This document shows positions 21,931-33,500 of a stretch of 64,000 nucleotides of DNA, piece after piece. Below the pieces are notes generated by a model. That model saw only the letters and a list, made by a program, of their open reading frames with translations, was not told the DNA's origin and searched no databases. The DNA is taken from assembly GCA_013265495.1 (NCBI GenBank), contig MU058584.1:4098508-4162507 (forward strand). Direction: 5' to 3'. The position numbers were made by a program, and so were the translations under genes. Numbering within the stretch: the first letter of the stretch is position 1; the number at the start of each line of letters is the position of its first letter. The stretch comes from Vicugna vicugna. Its lineage: Eukaryota.

Positions 21931-23677
21931 TGTCCCAAATCATCACCCATGCATGTATTTGAGGGAGAAAGGGTCAAATCATATCAGGGAATTTTAAGCC
22001 TGTTAGGACTAGGGACACTGATCTGCCTAGCTTCTGGGTGCTCCCAGCTGCACAGGTAATCAGACCCTGCACGTGAGGTGTCACCATGAAACCAACCAGC
22101 ATTTGATGAGGGGCTGCGGTCTGAGCAGTCACGTGATTTCCCATTCAGGGGGTGCTGCCTGTGTATCAGAAAAGTAGTGCTGAGGAAAACAAAGACAGAA
22201 CTTAGCAATAGCCTCCCAGCCCAGGCCTGAACATGATGGTGGCCTCAGGAAAGGGGATCTCGCCCTGTTTACAAAGCAGGAACGTGGTGTTCCCAGCTGA
22301 GCTGCAGGGTGAGAGCTGGGGGTGGGATCTGACGCTGTGAGCCTTTTCCCATCCAACCTAGGTCTCCAGGAGCTGCTCTTTGGTCCCCTGGCACCAGGCA
22401 GCTCAGCAAAACTGAGAATTAAGGGGATTCTACCCCAATTTGCCAACCCCACTCCAATTTACCCAGGTCCAACAGGTGACCCAATCCACAGGACACAGCC
22501 CCAAGCCCCCTGGACCAGCACAGCAGGACAGACACATGGCAGGTATGGAACCGAAGCCCGGCTGGTCTGGAGCGCACCTGGTGCTGCTGGGTTGGAATTG
22601 TCTCACAGGTGCTCCCAGATCAGGCCTCACTCAAGGTGGCCAGGCTGAGACAGAGCAGTTCTATAGGTGATTCTAATTACTTCAGGCCAAAGTACAACCC
22701 CAATAGTCCCTGGAGGAAAAGCAGCCTGGAGCCTGGGAGGACTGGCCCTGCACACTCAGGTGCTTCCAGCAGCGGACTGGAACCCTGGGGACCAAGGGGA
22801 GCCTGGCCTGCAGCCCGCAGTTGTTCACGACCAGGAGATCACCAGCCAGCAGTCTCGCTGTGGTCCCCATCACAAACTGGGTGCAGCTCTGAATGGCCAG
22901 GGCCTGGCTGAACTGGGACTCTGGATTCCAGGTGTTTCCTAGCCCCCATGTCATCACACTGTCATCCACCAGTTAGGCATTGATGACGTGGTCCGACAGC
23001 TTACAGCCCCACCAGAGAACCACCTCTCCCAGGAGGTGAGGGATTAACCTGACAAAGAATCCCAGAAGCCCCTCCTCCTGGAAATCTCCCCAGTATAGCT
23101 CAGCATACCACTGTACTTAGCCTCCAGTCCCCAAACTGGACCACACAGCTCACTGAGATGAAAAGCAGGGGGTGGACCAGCATCCCAGGCACATACTGCA
23201 TCATCACCCGGAGGCGTTCTCCTTCTCTTCAAGAAGAGAAGCCTTCACATCACCTTGTTGGAAGCCTGCTCGACCTCATCCAGAGGGAAAACCTCCTTCT
23301 GCTGCCCCAGGTCACAGAGGAGACGGCGTTGGACATCACTGGGGGCCTTGGAACTTGCACAATGCACTTGGTGAAGATGAAGAAGCTGAGCAGATAGAGG
23401 ACCTTTCTCCCCAGTACATTGGTCCCAGTGGTGGGGGCATTGGCTCCTAATCCATCTGGAGGGGCCCCATCACATAGGGCAGAGAGTGGCTGAGCCCCGA
23501 AAAGAGCCTCAGTGCTCAGTGCACTGTTCCTAGAGCCCAGGCCCTTGGATGCACAGTCCATCCTGCAGCCCAGGGTGGCATGGATGTTTGCAGTGCCCAG
23601 GCAGCAAATCGTGAGCCCCCACTGCCAGCTCCCCATCCCCCGGGCACCAATTCCCATCTGAAGCTCCCAGGGCAACT
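21931..23677 (-). pseudogene. MTCH1: MTCH1 processed pseudogene (decayed, near full length including 3'UTR)
   Basis: Minus-strand fragments GASD, RMD..GLGS...STEALF, GTNVLGRKVLYL.SFF, EAKYSG.LS, VDDS...[29 protein letters not shown] match MTCH1 collinearly with no introns, but with many frameshifts and deletions. Former CDS ~23670-22677. Decayed poly(A) signal near 21955-21960, short A remnant, and candidate TSD ctgtgcttttt/ccgtgattttt. Confidence 0.92.
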
Positions 23678-23731
23678 CTGTGCTTTTTACTTTAAGTGCA
23701 ATAAACTGGAGCCTTCCCGCAGGGTAGCAGG

Positions 23732-24176
23732 TGTGAAAGGGAAATCAAAATTGTGGCAGAATGGCTAAGAGAGCTCTCTAAAATGGAGCCAGGAGGCCGT
23801 TAAGAAACTGTGACTTATGAACGGCCCAGCCTGGATGAAATCTGACCTTTTGACCTGATGATGTCATCCAGAAACTCAAGATACCTACCCTAGAGTAACT
23901 CATGACAGTCTACCCACTTCTGGGACCCATCGACTCTAAGACAACTTGTGATTCCTTAAGGACGAGTATCTTCTGACTCATGTCTGAGTCCATCACAGTT
24001 CTCACCAGGCAACATTTAATGACATGGTGGCTTTTTGTCTTTACAAGCCCCCTGACTCTTCCTCTTCCTCTCGGAACACTCATTTCAGGTTACTCAAATC
24101 TGTGTCTCCCGAATACTTAAGACCCCAAATAAACTCTTTTCTTATTTGCCGTCTCCTGCAGTATTTTTGGTTGACG
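23732..24176 (+). mobile_element. ERV1-type solo LTR
   Basis: TGTGAAAG...GTTGACG termini, 4-bp TSD CAGG, AATAAA at 24128-24133. Confidence 0.85.
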
Positions 24177-25134
24177 CAGGATACCTGGAACAAGCCCCAG
24201 GACATGCCCAGAGGAGGCTCCAGGGGAAACCAGAGATGGATCACGGCGTAGCTATCCATACAGCTCGTTGAATCTAAAAATGTTCCGAGTCTTATTAGTG
24301 AGAGTGAGTCTGGCGATCTCTGTACACTCTTTTGTCATCTTCACAACAGCCCTGAGTTTAGGACGTCTCATGGCACTGACCATTAACAGGAAGAGTCTGG
24401 GGCCCCAGAAGTCAGCCTGGGGGAGGCACCCACCCCAACAGGGTCTGGCTTCTTTGGGCGAGCTGTATTTGAGCTGTGTTTGAGCTGTGTTATTTGTCTA
24501 CCTCCCGGGCAGGCTGTGAGCTTCTGCAAACAGGGGGAACAGGACTTAATCCACCCGGTCCTGCCATTGCCCCGAGCTGCAGGCACACCCTGGTGTCCAT
24601 GTCCCCCTCCAGCAAATCCTATTTAGGAGCAGGGCATCTGCTGAACTCCCTCACATCCCGCTAGTAAGGATTCCCTCCCATTGGGACCCCAATTTTTACT
24701 TTTAAAGTTATTTCCTGTGCCTGATCAACTTTTATTCTCATGAGAGCCCAGAAAGTAGGAAGGGGGCTATTACTGGGTCCAAATCCCAGGCTGATAACCT
24801 GAGAACAGTGGAATCAAGTCACTTCTCTGAGGACACCTGCGGGTTAGAGGCCGAGCTGGGACGACTGGTCTCCTGATTTCGGGTACTTGTCTAACCGCTC
24901 TGCCTTAGGTGTGCCTCACCTTTGGGTACAGAACGCAGAGCTTTCACCCAGCTCTCAATTCACAGCCCTTACTCTTTGCCGGCTTTTGACACTTAGTCAC
25001 GGCAGCTTGTGAACTTTTCACATCGTGTCTCCCTCCCCAACAAGCCCTGGAAATCACAGATGATGCATTTTGGTTTCACTTGTTTATTTCCCCTCCTCAC
25101 CTAAGCACGGACGATGCCACTTGAGAAGAGGAAA

Positions 25135-25340
25135 GAACAGAGGCCTTAGAGCCAGAAAGGCTAAGATTAAAATTCTGAATCTGCTGCTTACTGGCTTTGT
25201 GGTTTTGGACAGCTTTCTTAAACACTCTGAGCTTCAATTCCTCCACCTGCAAAAGGGTTTGAATAAGACTGACTTCCCAGGGCAGTTATGCAGATGAAAT
25301 GGAACAACAGTATACAGGGCAGTGCCCGGCCTGGTGGCAC
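25135..25340 (+). mobile_element. MIR
   Basis: Degenerate MIR head, core and tail. Confidence 0.65.
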
Positions 25341-27399
25341 GTGCTGAGCCCACAGGTCTAAAGTGACCTTCTTTGCTACAATAGAGGATCTGGAGGTACA
25401 AGTGGCAGCAGGCATGGACCTGGGCTTCCCACCCCTTCATGCCAAGGTGGGGATGGAACCTGGTTAGCGTCCCCAGCTCAAGATGGAGTGACTCACCCTT
25501 CAGGGTGTATGAGGATTATACACACACACACGCATTGCCTGGCACGCAGCAGGAGCGCAATCACGTGTGGACATTCTGAGAACTCCCGGCTTCACAAAAT
25601 GGTAACGCGGTAACTTACGTTTGCACTCAGTGTACGGTTTAGGGAACTCTCTGCCCTTGCATTTTCTGATTTAATCCTCAGAACTAATTAATATGGGCAA
25701 AATTACGGCCAATTCTATTCAGATGAAGAAACTGAGGCTCAGAAAGGTCACAGAGCTAGAAAGTTCTCAAGGTTCGTCTGATACAGAGTTCCTTGTCTGT
25801 CCACATTATCCTGGTGCCTCTGGGGTTTCTCTCATCCAGAGAGCTTCCCATCTTTTGTAGGAATTTCTTCTCTGATACCTCAAGCCTCTGCTTGAATACC
25901 TCGGGTAACAGAGAGCTCACCACCCGTCAGTTACTGGTGGAGAGTGCTAATTTTCAGAGCTTTGAAAAAACAACTTTGGTCCTAGTTCTGTCTCCAGAAG
26001 CACAAAGAACACAGATTCTCCCACTTTCATAGGGCCTTTAAAATCCCACCCGTGTCCAGCTTGTCTCTCTCTTAATAAGAAGCAGTTTAGCATCACAGCA
26101 AGACTAAATCCTTTGAAGGTAGACATCTTGAGTCCGAGACCTGGCCCTGCTACTTAATTAGCTGTGTGCACATGGGATGATCATAGCTACCTCCAGGCTG
26201 AGCGAGGTGAATGGGATGGGCTGGGTACCTAGTAAGCTCTCAGTCCATAGGCGCTAATGGTATCAATACTAATAGCGTACGATTCAGGCAGGAGCGGACA
26301 GCTTCCAAGCTCCCTGACCACCTTGTGTATCTCCAGCCTTGAGCCCCAGGTCCTGCTGCTGCCCAGCCCCACCCCCAGACTCAGACAAAATGGGTGATGG
26401 TGTTGCAGGCTAAGAATTTAGAAAACAGGAAGTCATGTGTTTTCAGGAAGGCAGTGGCAGCAGCGATGGGGGTGCCTGAGCTGGGGGTGATGCCCAGCCC
26501 ATCCACCACAGCACTCCAGTCACCCAGACCTCCTGCTCAAGGGAGTTGCTCACTTTCATTGAGCAACTAACTTTCGCTGCAGTGGGAAAGATACAGACTA
26601 GACACATAGGCTAATAGTTACAACCTCCAGTTGAAGATTTACTTTATGCCAGGAAGTAGGTGTGAGTTTTCTCATTTCGTCCTAACAGCAACTATGACTT
26701 TACAACAGGGGAATCTGAGACTCGGAGAGGTTTATTAACACCTAAGGTCTAGAGGCAGGGATGAACCCAGGCGTGTCTGAATCCATAATCTAGATATCAT
26801 TTGGTCCAGACTTGGTACTGCCCTTGGACCACTTACTGGTCTTCAGGGATGGGGAGAAGGGTTCCTCACCATGCTGTGGAGACCTTCTTTCTCAAAGGAT
26901 CCACATTTGTAGATGATATCCTGACTCTACCAATGCCTTTTTCCTTTAAGGAGGCAGGGGGCTGAAAATGCTAGGGGGTTAACAGGTATCACTGGCCTGC
27001 TATCAAATGCGAGGCCAGGACCCTCACTGGCCAATGCCCATAAAGGCTGACCCATCTGGAGATGCCTTAATCACGTTGACTTGCAGAACAAGTCTCCATC
27101 ATTTATTAGGATAATATAATTTATTGCTATTCACTTTAGGTTGCCAGTATCCTCAACTCCCTCCTCGGTGCTGGATTTCAAATATTCATGTTTCATTGTA
27201 AAGCTAATCAGCTGGTCGCAACCACCTACAAATTATATATTCATAGACAAAAATTCTAAGGGAATGGGGGTGCAAAGGAGCTGTTTGATTTCATACAGGT
27301 AACAGGACTATGAGTAAATATTTCCCTTATTATATTTTTATTTCCATTAAACTTGTTATGGTTTGGGCAATAGTTTAAAATTTTTCTTTCTGTAATCAC

Positions 27400-27960
27400 T
27401 TTTTTATTTTCAAGTAAATCAACTCATTATAAAAGTGCAGGAAAGTAGGAAAAATAAAAATCACCCATAATACCAGGTTCAAATGCAGCCACTATTGACA
27501 TGATGGCAGACTGTCCTCCAAGGTATTGGTTATTTATAAATTCTAATCATTCTACATAAAATTTTTAGTTAGCATTATAATTTAACATTATATTTTTATG
27601 TTATTTCACATATTCATATTTCATGTTATGGTTTTACTGAATATCCCTTTTAATGGCTGCATAATAATCCTTCCACTATTTATGTAGTCATTCCCCATCA
27701 ATGACCATTTATTTCTAATTTTTCATCATTGTAAAAAATTCTAGGATGAAAAGCTTCATTCCTAAAGCTTTTACAGGTTTATAATTGAATCAATAATACT
27801 TTAAAAAATGAAAGCTAACTGGCCCAAGAGAAAAAATCAGCAAAACATACAAGTAGGCAATTCTCAGAGGAGGAAAAATGAATTGCTTATAAACATAAAA
27901 AGATACTCAGTCTCACTACTGGTCAGGTAAATAAAGATAAAAATGATGAAGAGATGAATC
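27400..27960. mobile_element. Old L1M(E)-type fragments
   Basis: AT-rich with L1 motifs (ttttaatggctgcataata; aggcaattctcagaggagga...aaagatactcagtctcact). Confidence 0.55.
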
Positions 27961-28612
27961 CCATTTTCTCAGGTAGTCAGAAGGCCACAGCTATGAGGAT
28001 ATGGGGAAGAAGGACACTTCTGGCAAAGGAGCAGGAGGTGCAAAGGTCCTGTGGTGGTCCCAGGTCTGGTGTGTCTGAACAGCAAGGCGGTGGGTATGGC
28101 CAGGGTGGCATGAAAGAGAGAGAGCACTTGAAAATGAGTTTAGAGGGTGAGGGCATTAGTTAGAACCTCCTCGGTCAGTCGATTTTACTCTTAATGAGAG
28201 GAGCAATTGCAGGATTTTCTCTTTTTACAACAAATACACAATCTTTGTAATTTCAAAAACACGAATACATTTTAAAAGAAAAAAAATTAAAGCCAGTTGG
28301 AGGAAACTTGGCTCACTGTTACCTTGGGCCCCTGGGTTGCCTGGATACGCAGGACAGACAAGCTGCGGGGCAGGCCTGAGGTCCGTCCGGGCTGCACTGC
28401 CAGGGCCCGGCGTACTCTGTAGAGGTCCTCCATGATTTGTCTTCATTCACCCAAATGGCAGTCATCTTTATCTTTTTCTGCCCTTGCCCCATAAACCAAG
28501 CTAAGGTTTCCACCCAGAAAGTGGCTTTATTTCTACTGAAGGGCTGCAAATCCGTTCATTCTTTTGCTCTCTCATCTTTCATTAACACATATGACCATCA
28601 AGCCTTTGTTTC

Positions 28613-28975
28613 TGTTATCGGCTGAATTGTGTCCCCTCAAAATTTAGATGCTGAAGTCCTAACCCCCAGTACCTCAGATTGTGACTGTATGTGAAGACAG
28701 AGTCTTCGAAGAGGTAATCAAGTTAAGAGGAAGTCTTAGGATGGGCCCTAATCCAGTATGACTGGTGGCCTTATAAGAAGATGCCATTAGGACACAGGCA
28801 CGCACAGAGGAAAGACCATGAGAAGACACAGAGAGTAGACGGCTGTCTACAAGCCAAGGAGAGAGACTCTGAGAAGAAATCAACCCTGCCCACACCTTGA
28901 TCTCGGACTTCCAGCCTCCAGAACTGTGGGAAAATAAATTTCTGTTGTTTAAGCCACTCAGCCCTAACAATTACA
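28613..28975 (+). mobile_element. MaLR solo LTR (MLT1A/B-like)
   Basis: tgttatcggctgaattgtgtcccc...ggacttccagcctccagaactgtg...aataaatttctgttgtttaagcc...ttaca, with a 5-bp TSD GTTTC. Confidence 0.92.
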
Positions 28976-29689
28976 GTTTCCTTCTCCATAAACAAGCACC
29001 GTAACTCCTCACTTCTGCGTAATTGCAAGGAAGGGGCATATTGCATTAAACTAGAAGCTAGCGCAGTGCCTGAAACCTAGTAGGTACTCAGAACCCCGTG
29101 GTGAGGATCAAGTCAAGACACAGGGCTAGCCTGCACTTGAGCAGGGAGGTGAGCAAGTAAACAGATCTTCCCATCGAGAGAGAGGCACACGGTGCTGAGG
29201 AGACTGGAGGGAGGCGACGCCTTTGCTGATGCTCTGGGAGTAAGACAGTGACAGGCAAGTGACCTCCCCCGGCCAGCAGAATTCCCCTTTCAGTTCCTTC
29301 CACTTATTCCACCTTCCCAGCAGCCCCTCAAGGCCAGAGGACAAGTCTCTCTTTTCAGTGGATAGCACTTGCTCTGTGCCAGGCACGGAATAAAGTATAG
29401 ATAGATATACAGGGAGAGAGTGCTAGCTATATCTATATCTATACACATACGTGTGTATACATGTATGCGTGTGTGTATATATACATATATTCATGTAAGT
29501 GTATATACAATCTGTATCTACATCTATGTCAATGTCTGTATCAGTATCTTTATATCAAGAGAAAGAAAGAGGGACTCTTTCTTTCCTCTTGCTGCCAACT
29601 TGGACCCATGGCTTTCCTGTGACTCCAGGGGTTGACTCTGTAACAATCATGGTCATAAAGAAACATTTGCTCTATACTTTCAGTTTACA

Positions 29690-29865
29690 AAACCCTTTTA
29701 TATTCTTGATTTCATTCGATTCTCACAAGAGGGGAGTGAAGTAAGCTGGGCAGATCTTATTTGCTCCACTTTGCAGATAAAGAGACTGAAGGTCAGGGAG
29801 GTGAAATGACCTTCCTGAAGTCCCGAGGCGCATGTGTAGCAGAGCCTGGGTGAGAGGCCGGGTCT
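29690..29865 (-). mobile_element. MIR
   Basis: Reverse MIR core (ccactttgcagataaagagactgaagg...ggtgaaatgaccttcctgaag). Confidence 0.6.
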
Positions 29866-30019
29866 CGGCAGGCCTTTGTTCTTTCTCACACAGCACACAG
29901 CCCTCGCATTATGCTCTCGAACATCAGCACCATTTAAAAGAAATCCACTCGAGAGCAAACCTCTCACGTAAAAATTCCAGGCGGGATTTTGCCATTTCTC
30001 TGAGACTTTAATTTATTCT

Positions 30020-31040
30020 GCAGTTGAACCCTCACAGTGGGCAGAGATGTATGCACAAAGATGTTTATTGCGTCATTATCTGCAGGAGCAAAAAAAGAAG
30101 AAAAACAACATAAATGTCCACCAACTAGGAACCGATAAATAAATTTTGGTATATTCATATATAGTAGTTCAAAAAAAAAAAACGTACACACGCACAACAG
30201 ATAGTTCTGCATGCGTTGCTACGGAAAGACTGTCAAGATAATTAAATGAAAAAAGCAAGCTCTAGAATGGTGTGTATATTATTTGTGTGTAAAAAAGAAA
30301 AAGCATATCAATTAGGCTGCATATGTATACTTATATACACATAAAAACGTATATGGATGGAGTTGCCATTTAGGATGATGAAAAAGTTCTGGAAACATTC
30401 ATGATTATGGTAAATCTCTCCATTTAGGTCTCTTTAGTTTCTGTAAACATGGTTTAAGCTTTTCAGTGTACAAGTTCTGTATATAATTTGTTAAGATCAT
30501 TCCTTTTTTGGGGAAGAAGCCACTGACTGGGAGAAAACATATTGAAATCACATATACAAAAGAGGATTGAGTCCTGAATATATAAACCTCTAAAATACAT
30601 CAGGAAGTTTCAGAGGGAGATTGCTCTGCATCCTATTTGTGATCCTGGTTACATGAATCTATCCAAATTTTAAAACTCATAAAACTACACACCAAAAGTA
30701 GTGTATTATTAATTACTATTACTATTACTTTAAGTCTGTAATTTTAAAAATTTAAAAACTATCAGACAGTTAAAAAAAGAAAAAGTTCTGGAAATAGATA
30801 GTGATGATAGTTGTACAACATTGTTCATCATAATAAAAATGTTTCTATCTATCTATCTATCTACCTACCTACCTACCTATCTATATGGGTAACTATATCC
30901 ACAAAATATGTTTTCCATGGTTAACTCTGGTGAGGAGTAAAGGAGGAGGAGGTTGGGGAAATTTTACTTATTTTCCAATTTGCACATTTTTGTGCTCTTT
31001 GAAACTCTACGATAGTATAATTCATTTATAATATTAAACA
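30020..31040. mobile_element. Mosaic of old L1M 3' fragments with a (TCTA)n(CCTA)n microsatellite at ~30844-30885
   Basis: L1 motifs (aagatgtttattgc, aaatgtccaccaac, gatgatgaaaaagttctggaaa) interrupted by inverted pieces. Confidence 0.65.
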
Positions 31041-31399
31041 ACTCAAACAAAAACAAATGACATGAACCATTAAAACAAGCAAGGTGTGTGGCACAGCTCT
31101 AGGCAGGGAGAAAGTAGAGGGACAGAGACTCATCCACTGAGGAAAGACCCTGTGGCTCAGTACATTTCTGGTGATGACCTGCTGGGATTTGGAAGTATTT
31201 TAAATACACGGAAAACTTCACCTAACGGTACTTGGGGAAAATTTAATACATTTATGCATGAACATTTGAACTGCTGATGAATAGCACTGGTGTTATTGTT
31301 ACTATTATCTAATGCTGCAGAAAATAGACGCTTTTACATGCAAGTCCCTCCTTGCTACCATCCCTGATATGAGAACCCACCCTGCTAGGTGAGAGCAGC

Positions 31400-32660
31400 T
31401 CTGAGCCGACCGCGCTCCAAACATGCCGCTACTTCTGCGAGTTAACGCACCCTAGAGGCCAAGCAGGTTTCTGGGCGTTGGTAGCTGAGCTGCCCGGGGA
31501 ACCCAAGGGAGACCATGGGGCAGAAGGGAGCCAAAGTCTGGGCCCTACCTGCAGCCCTCATCCGCCCTCAGAGAACCGTCCTGCTGGCCCCAGGCGACTG
31601 AGGGTACCTCCTTCCGGCTCCTGCAGCACCCACAGCAGAAAGCTGTGTATCTATCTGCCTGACTGACATCCCCTCCAGGAGGGGCTCCCCGAACCTGGGG
31701 CGGTGCCTCCTCCACGTCTGTAGGCCCCGTGATGGGCTTCTCTTGAGACACTGTGGCAGGTGGCGGGGTGGGTGGGGGACAAGGAACAGGATGAGGCCCG
31801 GCTGAGCAGCTTCCCACTGCACCGAGCTTCAGCTTCTCAGAGGCTGGGGGGAGGAAATGCTATGCTGATTTGAAATCAGACACAGATAACCTCACGGGAT
31901 AGAGCCAACGACTCCCCGGGATTTTTCAAGAGGCAAGCCTGGGCCTTGAGAGGCTCACTGTCCACCACGTGGAGGGGGGGGTCCCTCAAGGAAAGGGGAG
32001 GGGAAGAGGCGGTGGCTGGCTCTCCGGGGCTTCTCCCCGGGGTGGCCATGTTCACACTGACCCTCGGCCCCGGCCACCCGGGTCTGATAGGGGCGGGTCC
32101 TGCCCAGGCTGTCACCGCCCACCCTGTGCGCTCCGGGGGCCGGGCTCGCCTCTCCAACCACACCCAAAGCCGACGTGTGCCGGACCACAATCCGAGTCAC
32201 CAGACTCATGAAGGACAGCCCTCCCCATGAGGAATCGGGGGCCTGGGCTCAGCTGAGGGCCTGAGGCTCTTGCTCCCCAGGCGGCCAGGGTGGGCTCCCG
32301 GCGCCGTCCCGCCGCCTCTCGGTGCGGTTACCGGGAGCAGCAGCTCCTCCCCTCGGCCCATAGCTGTCTCCTCGCTCGAGGTTTCCTGTTGAGCGCCGCC
32401 ATCCCGGGCCTGGGTTATCGCCCGAGATCTCCCATCTGAACTTGAACTGCTCAGGCGCCCGCCCCCACTTGCGGTCCCTTCCCCCGAACCGCACCGCCCC
32501 CAGCCTCTGCGGGGAAGTCGGCCCGGGGCTGGGAGCGCTAGAGCGTGGCTGGATGGGCGCTGGGCTCGGGGGGCTGGGGCCGGAGGGGCTGCCTCCCAGA
32601 CGTCGGAGAGGACTGTCCAGGGGTCCTCTTGAGAGGCACGGACGGAGCCACGCTCTGGGC
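31400..32660. promoter_or_regulatory. CpG island inside CD247 intron 1, putative internal promoter
   Basis: CpG-dense core at ~31990-32650; GC boxes at 32090-32097 and 32458-32465; no repeat origin evident. Confidence 0.75.
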
Positions 32661-33354
32661 CTGCCTGGGGATGGAGAGGACAGTGACTGGGAGAAAGCCT
32701 GGCCCTGGGTTGCCTGACACATGTGCGGCAGTGTCCATAGTCACACAGCCTGAGGACAAGCCGCTGCCTTCCGATTTCAAGGCTCAGGAGATAAAAATCC
32801 CCTCTGGAGACATAAACCTCTCCCTGGAAGTGCCTCGATCTCCCCAGCACTGCTTCCCCTTCTCAGAGGCGGAAGCACAGGGGTCTCTCTGTTCTCACAC
32901 AAGGGGGACTCCAAATGTCGTCAAACCTGCCGCTTTCAGAATCGACAGCTACTTTCATTTCGGAGCCCTGAGCATTGTGTCAGGGGCCTTCCTGGCTCTT
33001 AGGCCCAGCAATTAGCCAGCGCTGGATGTTACCTCCCCGCCTGATGGGGCAGTGCTCTGCGGATCCAGGAATCCCCAGCTCCAGGAGTGCGCGTGCAGGG
33101 TTGGGGCTGCATTCTCTCCCATTAGCCCAGGAGTGAGGGGCCAGGGTAGGGGAGGAGAATGGCCAAGGAGGTAGGCCCTGTCAGCTTCTCCTGGTTTCCT
33201 CTGACTTGAGCTAATCAGGTCTCATGATAGGGTATTTACGAAAAATGGGATGAAGAGAATTTTGACTTAGAAGAACAGAAAAAGTCAGTTGAGCTGGTTT
33301 CTGGGTGAAGAGGGGTTCCTTCACTCCTCTTGGCCCACAGCAGAGCCAAAGCCC

Positions 33355-33500
33355 ACAGCAGTGCTTGCCAGTTTGTTCTGAGGCCTGTGTCAGAATCACC
33401 CCAGAGCAGCTGAATTTGAGTCTCTGAAGGAGTGCCCAGGGATCTGCCTTCTAACATGCTCCCCCATATTCTCTTTTGTGTTACACTTTGGGGACCACTG
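33355..33500. mobile_element. MER5A-like hAT DNA transposon remnant
   Basis: cagaatcacc...gagtctctg...cccagggatctgccttctaacatgctcccc...tttgggaccactg. A similar fragment lies at ~21445-21570. Confidence 0.6.

Noticed and set aside
32206..32850. 214 aa minus-strand ORF in the intronic CpG island
   Set aside because: Low-complexity Gly/Arg/Pro/Ala product expected from CpG island composition; starts at a non-ATG codon.
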